Source: a virus. From it: a stretch of 64,000 nucleotides of DNA. The DNA is taken from IMG/VR virus record IMGVR_UViG_3300040960_001746; one strand, 5' to 3'. The translations under genes and the position numbers were made by a program. Below are positions 1 through 7,373 of the stretch, in pieces; the stretch's first letter is position 1; each line of letters begins with the position of its first letter. The notes under the pieces are model-generated. The model had not been told where the DNA came from, searched no databases, and saw nothing but the letters and a program-made list of their open reading frames with translations.

Positions 1-310
1 TAACAGACTCTAATTCTTTAGTTAATTTTTCTACTTCTTTATCATCAGTGATATAAACTTCTTTCTCTACTATCTTTTCAACAGGAATTTCTTTGATTAC
101 TTCAATAGTCTTTTCTACAGGTACTTCTTTAATAACCTCAACCACTTTTTCTACTTCTTTAACTTCACCAGTACCCAATGGTGTTGCGCCAAATTTTTCA
201 ACAGTATAACCCTGTCGAACCATCTTAATAATAAAATCTTCTATATTAGATATATCATTTAAACGACAATATTCCCATATTTCGTCTTTTAACTTTTTAG
301 GGATTTCCAT
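1..310 (-). CDS. Hypothetical protein with V/E/K/P-rich repeats; 3' end runs off the window; not in the ORF track
   Basis: Manual translation from ATG at 308-310, which overlaps the upstream TAA as TAATG: MEIPKKLKDEIWEYCRLNDISNIEDFIIKMVRQGYTVEKFGATPLGTGEVKEVEKVVEVIKEVPVEKTIEVIKEIPVEKIVEKEVYITDDKEVEKLTKELESV; frame open to position 1. Confidence 0.85.
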   Translation of the reverse strand, partial: MEIPKKLKDEIWEYCRLNDISNIEDFIIKMVRQGYTVEKFGATPLGTGEVKEVEKVVEVIKEVPVEKTIEVIKEIPVEKIVEKEVYITDDKEVEKLTKELESV

Positions 311-1131
311 TATGCGTTTGTTAAGTACTCTCTTTGGTTGTCGATATCCTCCAAAGAGTTTATTTTGAATACGTAGTATCCATAGTCAGTAACAATATTA
401 TGTTCAGTATAATCTAAATGTTCTACATCCCATATAAGATATCCATGCCCATTTACTCTTTCACCAAAGTCTTGTTGTATAAAACTACCACAATATGTAA
501 TGTTCACACCTTTCCTCACAAAGTTTTGTCTATGATGAATATCACCCATCAATACCGCATCACACCCATCAAATTGTTCTAATTCAGCATGTTCTTCAAA
601 CTCAAACCCGACAGATGTTATTGCCCCATTAACAGGTGCGTGAAATAAACCTATATATTTTTTATCTTTACCATATTTTTCTCTCGCCTCCTTAATATTA
701 GGTTTTAGGTTTTCTTCAAAAATAGAATAAACACACCAAACAATATTATCATCCAAATAACACTTACTTTCTTTAAAGTAAGATACCTTATCTGAAAAAG
801 TCCTCTTTTCTATCACAGGTGTGAGAGAATCTATCCTATCTTTATTATTTTCCAATAGATCGTGATTACCTGCAATTATTATTACAGGACATATCTTAGT
901 ACAATCATCTAAAAAATTACTAACTAATACAGATAACTCATTAGAAATAGTTATCTTCTGGTGTACTATATCACCCGCAATAACAATTCTAACTTCATCA
1001 TAATTAAGATTATTTTCTTCTACATAGTTAGTTACTTCCTCAATAAACTTTTGGCAGACAATTTCAGACTCATCTAATCTTTTATATGTTCTGAAATGTA
1101 AGTCCGCAATGTGAAACAACTTTTTTACCAT
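310..1131 (-). CDS. Mre11/SbcD/T4 gp47-like metallophosphoesterase nuclease
   Basis: Calcineurin-like motifs ADLH, AGDIVH, GNHD, FHAP, MGDIH and YCGS..QQDFGE. Confidence 0.88.
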   Translation of the reverse strand: MVKKLFHIADLHFRTYKRLDESEIVCQKFIEEVTNYVEENNLNYDEVRIVIAGDIVHQKITISNELSVLVSNFLDDCTKICPVIIIAGNHDLLENNKDRIDSLTPVIEKRTFSDKVSYFKESKCYLDDNIVWCVYSIFEENLKPNIKEAREKYGKDKKYIGLFHAPVNGAITSVGFEFEEHAELEQFDGCDAVLMGDIHHRQNFVRKGVNITYCGSFIQQDFGERVNGHGYLIWDVEHLDYTEHNIVTDYGYYVFKINSLEDIDNQREYLTNA

Positions 1132-1135
1132 AATA

Positions 1136-1166
1136 CAAATATACGATTTTATTTCAAAAAGACAAA
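1136..1166 (-). promoter_or_regulatory. Bacteroidota-type housekeeping promoter (-33 TTTG / -7 TAnnTTTG)
   Basis: Minus strand TTTG (1163-1166), 19-nt spacer, TATATTTG (1136-1143), then 4 nt to the ATG at 1131. Confidence 0.75.
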
Positions 1167-1167
1167 T

Positions 1168-2082
1168 TTATTTTACTAATTGACTTCTTTCGTTCAATAA
1201 TAGTTCAAACATAGACTTAACGTAATGACTATAATCTTCACAGTTAATTACTTTATAATTATCATTTTCTTCATTAAACCATACTAAATGACAACTACCC
1301 AATTTTAAATTGGTATTTCTTTCAATTATTTCTTTATATATAGACAACTGTAGTGAGTAAGTGTTGAATTCACAGTCATCCATCATCCATAAGATATCTT
1401 TCATCTTATTACCAAAGTCATTCTTCATCCTTAATTTAGTATTGGTTTTCCAATCCCAAATCTGTAAACACTGATGTCTCTCATTCCAGAACAATTGATC
1501 AACCATCCCACACAACATCAGATCCCTATCACCAACAACCAACTCAGACTTCACAGGTATTAATTTTCCTTTTGCAACAGTATCATCATAGAAGTTATGA
1601 AAATGTCCCTTCATAATTTCATATGTTTCAGATATCTCTTCAAATTTTAAACCTTCAGGACTTTCTTTAGGTTCTGGTTTAATCTTATTGTTAAGATAGT
1701 TTTCAATATAATCGTGTAATGTAGAACCTTCATATGTTGCGTGATGGTTTTTATATAACCATTCTCGATTAACATCTTCTTCTGTAATACACTCATTCAA
1801 TGGTTTAGGTTTAGAGTAGTCTGGTCTACCATAAGGATCCCCTTCCATCGGATAAAAATTCTGTTTATGTGCATATCTATCCGCCATACTTTTGGCTTCA
1901 TAGAAATGTCCCTGTTTTTCTGCCCACTTATCGGGTTTAGAAATACCATCCTCAAAATCATTTTCAAATCTATGTATAAAACCAGTACATGATATTGTCT
2001 GAACACCATCTATATAATATTTATGTGGTTCATCATAATATTTAATATGATTAAATTTAGATAATTCTTTAATTATATCCAT
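1168..2082 (-). CDS. PD-(D/E)XK (RecB-family) exonuclease
   Basis: GSTLHDYIE, SE, GMVD, DWKT and YSLQLSIY motifs; N-terminal HKYY..G..S.T; no C-terminal Fe-S cysteine cluster. Confidence 0.8.
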   Translation of the reverse strand: MDIIKELSKFNHIKYYDEPHKYYIDGVQTISCTGFIHRFENDFEDGISKPDKWAEKQGHFYEAKSMADRYAHKQNFYPMEGDPYGRPDYSKPKPLNECITEEDVNREWLYKNHHATYEGSTLHDYIENYLNNKIKPEPKESPEGLKFEEISETYEIMKGHFHNFYDDTVAKGKLIPVKSELVVGDRDLMLCGMVDQLFWNERHQCLQIWDWKTNTKLRMKNDFGNKMKDILWMMDDCEFNTYSLQLSIYKEIIERNTNLKLGSCHLVWFNEENDNYKVINCEDYSHYVKSMFELLLNERSQLVK

Positions 2083-2090
2083 TTATGCAA

Positions 2091-2098
2091 TATTTATA
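2091..2098 (+). promoter_or_regulatory. Putative phage late-promoter motif TATTTATA
   Basis: Same 8-mer as upstream of the minus-strand structural genes, here on + upstream of the only + strand phage gene pair. Confidence 0.5.
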
Positions 2099-2133
2099 AT
2101 AATAATAAACATTTTTATTTAAAAAAACAAATT

Positions 2134-2589
2134 ATGACAGAATTAAATGTTAATAAAAAATATATTTTAAAAGTTTGTCAGTTATTATATTCACAGTTTA
2201 TCCATAATAATAAAGTTCATATAGGGGATTTATATCATGACTCCCATACATATGAAACTGTTTTCATACACATTCAAGATACTATGGGACATAAAGACGA
2301 AAATGAAGTAGATTTTATCTATGCGTGTTTTTATGAAAATGTAAATAAATGGGGGGATAAAATATTAACAATATCTCCCGAACAAATAGACTTACCCAAA
2401 TTGAAAGAGATGAGGGGTATTCGCACTTATTATGCGACTGTAAGATATGATGAATATTATTCACATAAAACATATATGCCAATAATGTTAGAATATATGG
2501 TAGAAGAATACCAAATAGATGAGGATAACATAGAAACTGATATAATAGACACTTGGGATCACGAGACAAGAATAGAAATTAAAGAATGA
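2134..2589 (+). CDS. Hypothetical protein
   Basis: 151-aa ORF with an A-rich leader; ATGA overlap with the next gene. Confidence 0.7.
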   Translation: MTELNVNKKYILKVCQLLYSQFIHNNKVHIGDLYHDSHTYETVFIHIQDTMGHKDENEVDFIYACFYENVNKWGDKILTISPEQIDLPKLKEMRGIRTYYATVRYDEYYSHKTYMPIMLEYMVEEYQIDEDNIETDIIDTWDHETRIEIKE

Positions 2590-3212
2590 AAAATTTAATT
2601 AGGAGAATATTAAGGGAAGATTTAGAGTATTGGGGTGTGTCTAATGCTTCACCTAATAGTGGTGAATATGAAATGGGTATTGTAGAAGATGTCCCTATTT
2701 ACAAATATCATAACTTAGGCAAGAAAATGTATGAAAGGTTAAGAAAGTCTTTCCCTATGACACCCGAATACGTTCTTAAAGATTTTTTCTACAATAATAT
2801 TGTTAATGAATTTGAGACTATAGAAAAAGAATATTATGGGGATCCATTGTTGATGACAAGAGGTTATTGGGGTGAATTTTTAAAAGGTCCTTGGAAATTA
2901 GAAATTTTAAATGTAAATCCAGAAGACTTCGATGATAGGACAGTAAATGCGTTTTTAGAAAGAGACTTCGGTAATATAGATGCATATCAAGTACCTGATG
3001 ACGAAGAAAGAACACAAACACAAAGAAGGCTCGCCAAATCTACTGGTATGAACGAACCTATCATTGTGGAGAAAAAACCTAATGGTAAATATGAATTGAT
3101 TGAAGGTTGGCATCGTACAATGTCCATATTACTATTAGGTGATAACGGTGAGGATTTAAAAAATTGGGATAAGGTTAAAATCCGAGCTTTCGTCAGAGAC
3201 TTATCTAAATAG
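2586..3212 (+). CDS. ParB/sulfiredoxin-like domain protein
   Basis: C-terminal EPIIVEKKPNGKYELIEGWHR matches the ParB-N PI.V....Y.LI.G.HR motif; N-terminus MKNLIRRILRE. Confidence 0.7.
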   Translation: MKNLIRRILREDLEYWGVSNASPNSGEYEMGIVEDVPIYKYHNLGKKMYERLRKSFPMTPEYVLKDFFYNNIVNEFETIEKEYYGDPLLMTRGYWGEFLKGPWKLEILNVNPEDFDDRTVNAFLERDFGNIDAYQVPDDEERTQTQRRLAKSTGMNEPIIVEKKPNGKYELIEGWHRTMSILLLGDNGEDLKNWDKVKIRAFVRDLSK

Positions 3213-3512
3213 ACTACCGAAATACTCTTCCACTTTCCATTTAGGTTTCGAATCTCCGTACATTTTATAAACGTAACTATTCTCCGCCCAATCTCTGTTG
3301 TGATCCGACTGAATCTTATCTTTATATTTAACCGCCTCAGTTCTCTTATCGAAAATCATCGGTCTTAGTCTATTCTTTTCTTCTTCACTTAATTTATATG
3401 GACAATGTGTTTCCCATATTTCATTTAACCCTGTAGTATCCTCATTTAAAAAATCAAATGAATCCCACTTTCGATTTCTTTCTACTACAATATATTTTTT
3501 CGTATTATTCAT
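3201..3512 (-). CDS. Hypothetical protein
   Basis: 103-aa ORF; start overlaps the stop of the 3505-3672 ORF. Confidence 0.7.
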   Translation of the reverse strand: MNNTKKYIVVERNRKWDSFDFLNEDTTGLNEIWETHCPYKLSEEEKNRLRPMIFDKRTEAVKYKDKIQSDHNRDWAENSYVYKMYGDSKPKWKVEEYFGSLFR

Positions 3513-3672
3513 TTATCTTCGTTTCACTATTATCACATTTACATTGATTTAATGCTAATTGTTGGTAAGCTACCGCCAAGTTGTCAATTTTTTCTAATAA
3601 ATCGTCTATACGATTATCTTTTTGTCGAATAACTTCATTCAACCTACCAATTTCTTTTTCTAATTCATTCAT
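3505..3672 (-). CDS. Small coiled-coil protein (55 aa); not in the ORF track
   Basis: MNELEKEIGRLNEVIRQKDNRIDDLLEKIDNLAVAYQQLALNQCKCDNSETKINE; fills the gap between genes and follows a promoter consensus. Confidence 0.7.
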   Translation of the reverse strand: MNELEKEIGRLNEVIRQKDNRIDDLLEKIDNLAVAYQQLALNQCKCDNSETKINE

Positions 3673-3676
3673 AAAA

Positions 3677-3708
3677 CAAATATATAAAAAATATTTTAAC
3701 CTACCAAA
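3677..3708 (-). promoter_or_regulatory. Bacteroidota-type promoter
   Basis: TTTG (3705-3708), 20-nt spacer, TATATTTG (3677-3684), then 4 nt to the ATG at 3672. Confidence 0.7.
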
Positions 3709-4079
3709 TGTTTTTTAAAATTTTCCAAATAACTCTCTATATTCTTCTTCCCAACAGGATTCGCAGAATGAACGTAATAAGAAGGTATGGGTAAATCATT
3801 TTCTAAACAATATTCACATAACCATTTACACGCATCGTATCCTGTTTTTTCTTCTAAGTTTTCATAATCTATGTCACTTTGGTTTTCTTCTAAATAATGA
3901 TCGAAAGATAAGTCATGATCGTAAGATACAAATTCAGGTAATCCAAACTTAGTAATATAATTTATAAACTCATAATAATTTCTAACTATTACCCAATCTT
4001 CGTTTTTTTCATACAATGGATTTATATTTAACCTAAAAACATCATATGGAACTCTTACATCATCTAAAAATACTTTCAT
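3696..4079 (-). CDS. Cyclic-phosphate processing receiver (cREC) domain protein
   Basis: Signature FLDD.R ... VRNY ... SYDHDL ... TGYD...WL ... VHSANPVG. Confidence 0.8.
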   Translation of the reverse strand: MKVFLDDVRVPYDVFRLNINPLYEKNEDWVIVRNYYEFINYITKFGLPEFVSYDHDLSFDHYLEENQSDIDYENLEEKTGYDACKWLCEYCLENDLPIPSYYVHSANPVGKKNIESYLENFKKHLVG

Positions 4080-4080
4080 A

Positions 4081-4344
4081 TTATTTACATTTATTATTTA
4101 AAAAACCATCTAAATCACTACCACAAACACAGGTTCTCGTCTCAACATCAAACTTACAGTTTTTCTTAACACTTAACTTGTTTTGAATGTAAACATGTTG
4201 TTGAGCGATTATATCTGACTCATACGGATTATAATTAGTAATAGTCCTACACTTCATAGGTTTTATAGTAGTTTGTTTTTTTACAAATCCTACTTTTCTT
4301 AAACCAACCAACATTTTGTTTTTTATTGTTCTTTGACTGTACAT
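4081..4344 (-). CDS. Hypothetical protein, basic, with C-terminal cysteines
   Basis: 87-aa ORF packed tightly between its neighbours. Confidence 0.6.
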   Translation of the reverse strand: MYSQRTIKNKMLVGLRKVGFVKKQTTIKPMKCRTITNYNPYESDIIAQQHVYIQNKLSVKKNCKFDVETRTCVCGSDLDGFLNNKCK

Positions 4345-4349
4345 ATATA

Positions 4350-5294
4350 TTAAATTAAACTTTCTTTAATCTTTTTGGCGGAAGACAAAACACTTAACAC
4401 CCCTTTACTACCTAACTTTTGATTGACATCTGAAATATCATAACCTTTAGGTAATTTAATTATATAAACCCTATTATGTAATTTAGTAGAATTTAGTTTT
4501 TTATACAACTTAAGTGCATCTGAATAAGCGTCAGAATCTAAAAGTATTATAACTTTACACTCAGCGTTTTTAACTAACTTAGAAAATAAGTCATCACTAA
4601 TAACTTTACCCAACATAGGTATACTATTAGGTACTACTATATGGTCAAAAACACCCTCAACAATGTAGATATTAGAATCCCAATTAATCTTACCTTCATT
4701 GAAAATGATTTCTGTTTTAGGTATCTCAGGATTCTTATATTTTAGTTTAGTATACTTTTCATAACTTCTACCTAAGAAATAATTAATATCATTATGGATA
4801 TCATAAGATGGGAATACTATTCTATGTTTATAATCACCTTGTTCACAATAACCAATATTATATTTTTCAATAATATCCATACCAATGTTTCTTTTGGTTA
4901 GATACTCTAACGCTTTTTTATATTCGTAACTATCATTCTCTTCAGATAAAGGTATAAAATCTTTTGGTAAACCTTTTATCTCTTTTACTTCTTTCTTTTT
5001 TATCTCTATGTTAGGATTTACTAAACGATATCTTTTTATATCACCTTTAGTTCCATAAGACTTTATTAGTTTATATAATGTACCATGCGTATCGTGTGTT
5101 TCTGAACATGCCCAACATTTATAAACATGATATCCATAGTTGACTTCTAAATTACCTTTACCGTCACCCTTATCCAAACCCTTTATTTCGTGAGAACATA
5201 CGGGACAATCAAAAGATATCTGTCCTTTGTTTTCATAATGGTTTTTGGATTCACCCAATATCCCTTCTAATATTTCAACTATTAATTCTGACAT
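4350..5294 (-). CDS. DNA primase (zinc finger plus TOPRIM)
   Basis: CPVC...CWAC zinc ribbon; YL..R.I, RIVFP, GR, KYKNP, VEGVFD and LDSD motifs. Confidence 0.9.
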   Translation of the reverse strand: MSELIVEILEGILGESKNHYENKGQISFDCPVCSHEIKGLDKGDGKGNLEVNYGYHVYKCWACSETHDTHGTLYKLIKSYGTKGDIKRYRLVNPNIEIKKKEVKEIKGLPKDFIPLSEENDSYEYKKALEYLTKRNIGMDIIEKYNIGYCEQGDYKHRIVFPSYDIHNDINYFLGRSYEKYTKLKYKNPEIPKTEIIFNEGKINWDSNIYIVEGVFDHIVVPNSIPMLGKVISDDLFSKLVKNAECKVIILLDSDAYSDALKLYKKLNSTKLHNRVYIIKLPKGYDISDVNQKLGSKGVLSVLSSAKKIKESLI

Positions 5295-5301
5295 TTAAAT
5301 A

Positions 5302-5332
5302 CAAATATACACAAGTTTTCCAAATAAACAAA
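5302..5332 (-). promoter_or_regulatory. Bacteroidota-type promoter for the primase operon
   Basis: TTTG (5329-5332), 19-nt spacer, TATATTTG (5302-5309), then 7 nt to the ATG at 5294. Confidence 0.75.
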
Positions 5333-5341
5333 TTTTTAGAT

Positions 5342-5374
5342 AAAAAAAAATATCGACCCTTTCAGATCGATATT
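5342..5374 (-). terminator. Intrinsic terminator of the tail/resolvase transcript
   Basis: Minus strand AATATCGATCT-GAAA-GGGTCGATATT (11-bp stem with G-U pairs, GAAA loop) followed by a T-run. Confidence 0.8.
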
Positions 5375-5396
5375 CACAATTAACAATAACATTTAC

Positions 5397-6719
5397 ATTA
5401 TGTGAGCGTAAAGCCCACTCATCGCTTCAGCGTGGGTGGGATGTAAGCGACACAAATATCTAAATTATTTTAATAAATGTAAAGAAAATTTATATTTTAT
5501 TTAAACTTTTTAATTTTTCTACATATTTATATATGATGATAAAAGCTTTTAAATATAGACTTAACCCCACTGAAGAACAAAAAGTTCTTCTGAATAAACA
5601 TATTGGGGCAAGTCGGTTTATATATAATTTGGCTTTGGAAACAAAACAAATAGCTTATGTTGGTAATAAACATAATCTTTCCTGTTTTGAATTACATTCA
5701 CAACTAAAAGAACTAAAAGAAGAACTTCCTTGGTTGAAAGAAGTTAATTCGCAATCATTGCAACAAAGTATAACTAATTTAGATAAAGCGTATACATCTT
5801 TCTTCAAAGGTTTCAATTCATTTCCTAAATATAAAAAGAAAAGTAATGGTGGTAGTTTTAATATACCACAAAGAGTTAAAGTAGAAAATGGTAAATTAGT
5901 CATACCTAAATTCACAAAGAAAAATGGTATAGATATTATCTTACATAGACCACTTAAAGGTGAAATAAGACAATCTACTATTAGTAGAACACCTACAGGT
6001 AAATACTTTGTATCTATCCTTTGTGAAACAGGTGAAACTAATAAAGCTAAATCTAAAATAAAAGAAAAAACAACAATAGGCATTGATTTAGGCATAAAAG
6101 ATTTTGTAATCACTTCTGATGGTGAAGTATTTGATAACCCTAAATACTTACGTAAATCACAAAGTAAATTAAAGTATATTCATAGAAAATACAGTAAGAA
6201 TAAAGGGAAACGAACAAAACAAAAATTAGTAAAGTTACATGAAAAGGTAACAAATAAAAGAAAAGATTATTTGCATAAAGTATCCACTAAACTGGTTCGT
6301 GAGAACCAAACAATCGGTTTAGAGAATTTAGCGGTTAGTAATATGATTAAAAATCATAACTTAGCACAAGCTATTAGTGATGTAAGTTGGTCAACATTTG
6401 TTAATATGTTAGAATATAAAGCAGAATGGTATGGAACAAATATACTTAAAATCGGTAGGTTTGAACCAAGTTCAAAAACATGTTCTAATTGTGGTTATAT
6501 TAATAAAGAACTGACTTTAAAAGATAGGGAATGGACATGCAAAGCATGTCATTCCCATCATGATAGGGATGTTAATGCGGCAATCAATATAAAGAATTTC
6601 AGTTTAAGAAATATATTGTCAGGGACTGACAGTAAAAATCATGACGAACTGCCAACGTTAGTTGGAGTGTTGACTCATGAAGCCCAACCCATCGGCTCTG
6701 TCGTGGGTGGGTAGTTCAC
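5397..6719 (+). mobile_element. IS200/IS605-family tnpB-only (IS1341-like) element
   Basis: Related subterminal hairpins: left AAAG-CCCACTCATCGCTTCAGCGTGGGTGGG (~5410-5440) and right GAAG-CCCAACCCATCGGCTCTGTCGTGGGTGGG (~6679-6711); right end TCAC (6716-6719); TTAC (5393-5396) just outside the left end; no tnpA present. Confidence 0.82.
5533..6714 (+). CDS. tnpB: TnpB RNA-guided endonuclease
   Basis: N-terminal KAFKYRLNPT HTH; RuvC motifs GIDLG, GLENL and HDRDVNAAINI; zinc finger CSNC...CKAC. Confidence 0.95.
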   Translation: MMIKAFKYRLNPTEEQKVLLNKHIGASRFIYNLALETKQIAYVGNKHNLSCFELHSQLKELKEELPWLKEVNSQSLQQSITNLDKAYTSFFKGFNSFPKYKKKSNGGSFNIPQRVKVENGKLVIPKFTKKNGIDIILHRPLKGEIRQSTISRTPTGKYFVSILCETGETNKAKSKIKEKTTIGIDLGIKDFVITSDGEVFDNPKYLRKSQSKLKYIHRKYSKNKGKRTKQKLVKLHEKVTNKRKDYLHKVSTKLVRENQTIGLENLAVSNMIKNHNLAQAISDVSWSTFVNMLEYKAEWYGTNILKIGRFEPSSKTCSNCGYINKELTLKDREWTCKACHSHHDRDVNAAINIKNFSLRNILSGTDSKNHDELPTLVGVLTHEAQPIGSVVGG

Positions 6720-6739
6720 ATTATACCCACTTACCTTCT
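6560..6739 (+). ncRNA. Predicted TnpB omegaRNA (scaffold to 6719, guide from 6720); 5' boundary approximate
   Basis: TnpB omegaRNAs are known to derive from the element right end. Stems GTCAG/CTGAC, CCAAC/GTTGG and the terminal hairpin overlap the tnpB 3' end. Confidence 0.6.
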
Positions 6740-7353
6740 TTCCTCATCTGACCTAAAACACACGCATATGCGTCAGTCATATCATAATTTTCTTTAGTTA
6801 GTTTTTGGTGTTTGTTATATAACCATACAACTTGTGGTTCTCTTTCATTTACCTTTTCCCATATAACTTGTTTCTTATCCACATCCCAAGAATGTCCACC
6901 AAATAAAACAGGTTGTTTCTTTTCTATTTCCTTTTCACTATACGGCTCACCTTTTTTATTGAACTTTCTTATTTCCATTAATTCAGGAAATGCGTACTTT
7001 CTAGCATCATAAGATGAAATGAATTCTGGGATAATGTTTAATACCTCATACACTGACCTACAAATCATACCATTAAATCTTAATAATGTCGCCACAGTGT
7101 TTACATTATTGGATCTCACCAATGGTTCCTCAATAATAACTCTACTGATATCAATATCACTGTACTTCTCCAAAAACTCAAACTGAAATATTTGTGCCTT
7201 TTTAATTAACAATTCAATGTTATCTTGTGGTCTTGGCTTTACCTTTGGGGTGATGTGTGTTAACATCTGTAGTTTACCATTATCACCCTTGTCTTCGAAT
7301 AACGATATACCTATCGTTTTGGTTGAGACATCTAATCCCAATATTCTACTCAT
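6721..7353 (-). CDS. RuvC-like Holliday junction resolvase
   Basis: ILGLDVSTKTIG, IIEEP and YDMTDAYA acidic motifs of an RNase H fold. Confidence 0.75.
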   Translation of the reverse strand: MSRILGLDVSTKTIGISLFEDKGDNGKLQMLTHITPKVKPRPQDNIELLIKKAQIFQFEFLEKYSDIDISRVIIEEPLVRSNNVNTVATLLRFNGMICRSVYEVLNIIPEFISSYDARKYAFPELMEIRKFNKKGEPYSEKEIEKKQPVLFGGHSWDVDKKQVIWEKVNEREPQVVWLYNKHQKLTKENYDMTDAYACVLGQMRKEGKWV

Positions 7354-7373
7354 AAAAAACTTTTTTCTTACTA

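Noticed and set aside
1168-2082. Cas4 or a CRISPR adaptation module
   Set aside because: The nuclease lacks the C-terminal three-Cys Fe-S motif, and no cas genes or repeat-spacer array were seen in the window
5533-6714. Cas12f-like CRISPR effector or catalytically dead TnpB (TldR)
   Set aside because: There is no array, IS-type end hairpins are present, and the RuvC D/E/D residues are intact
5397-6724. ATTAT at 5397-5401 and 6720-6724 as a target-site duplication
   Set aside because: IS200/IS605 elements do not make duplications, and the AAAG/TTAC rule places the first copy inside the element; chance in AT-rich DNA is likely
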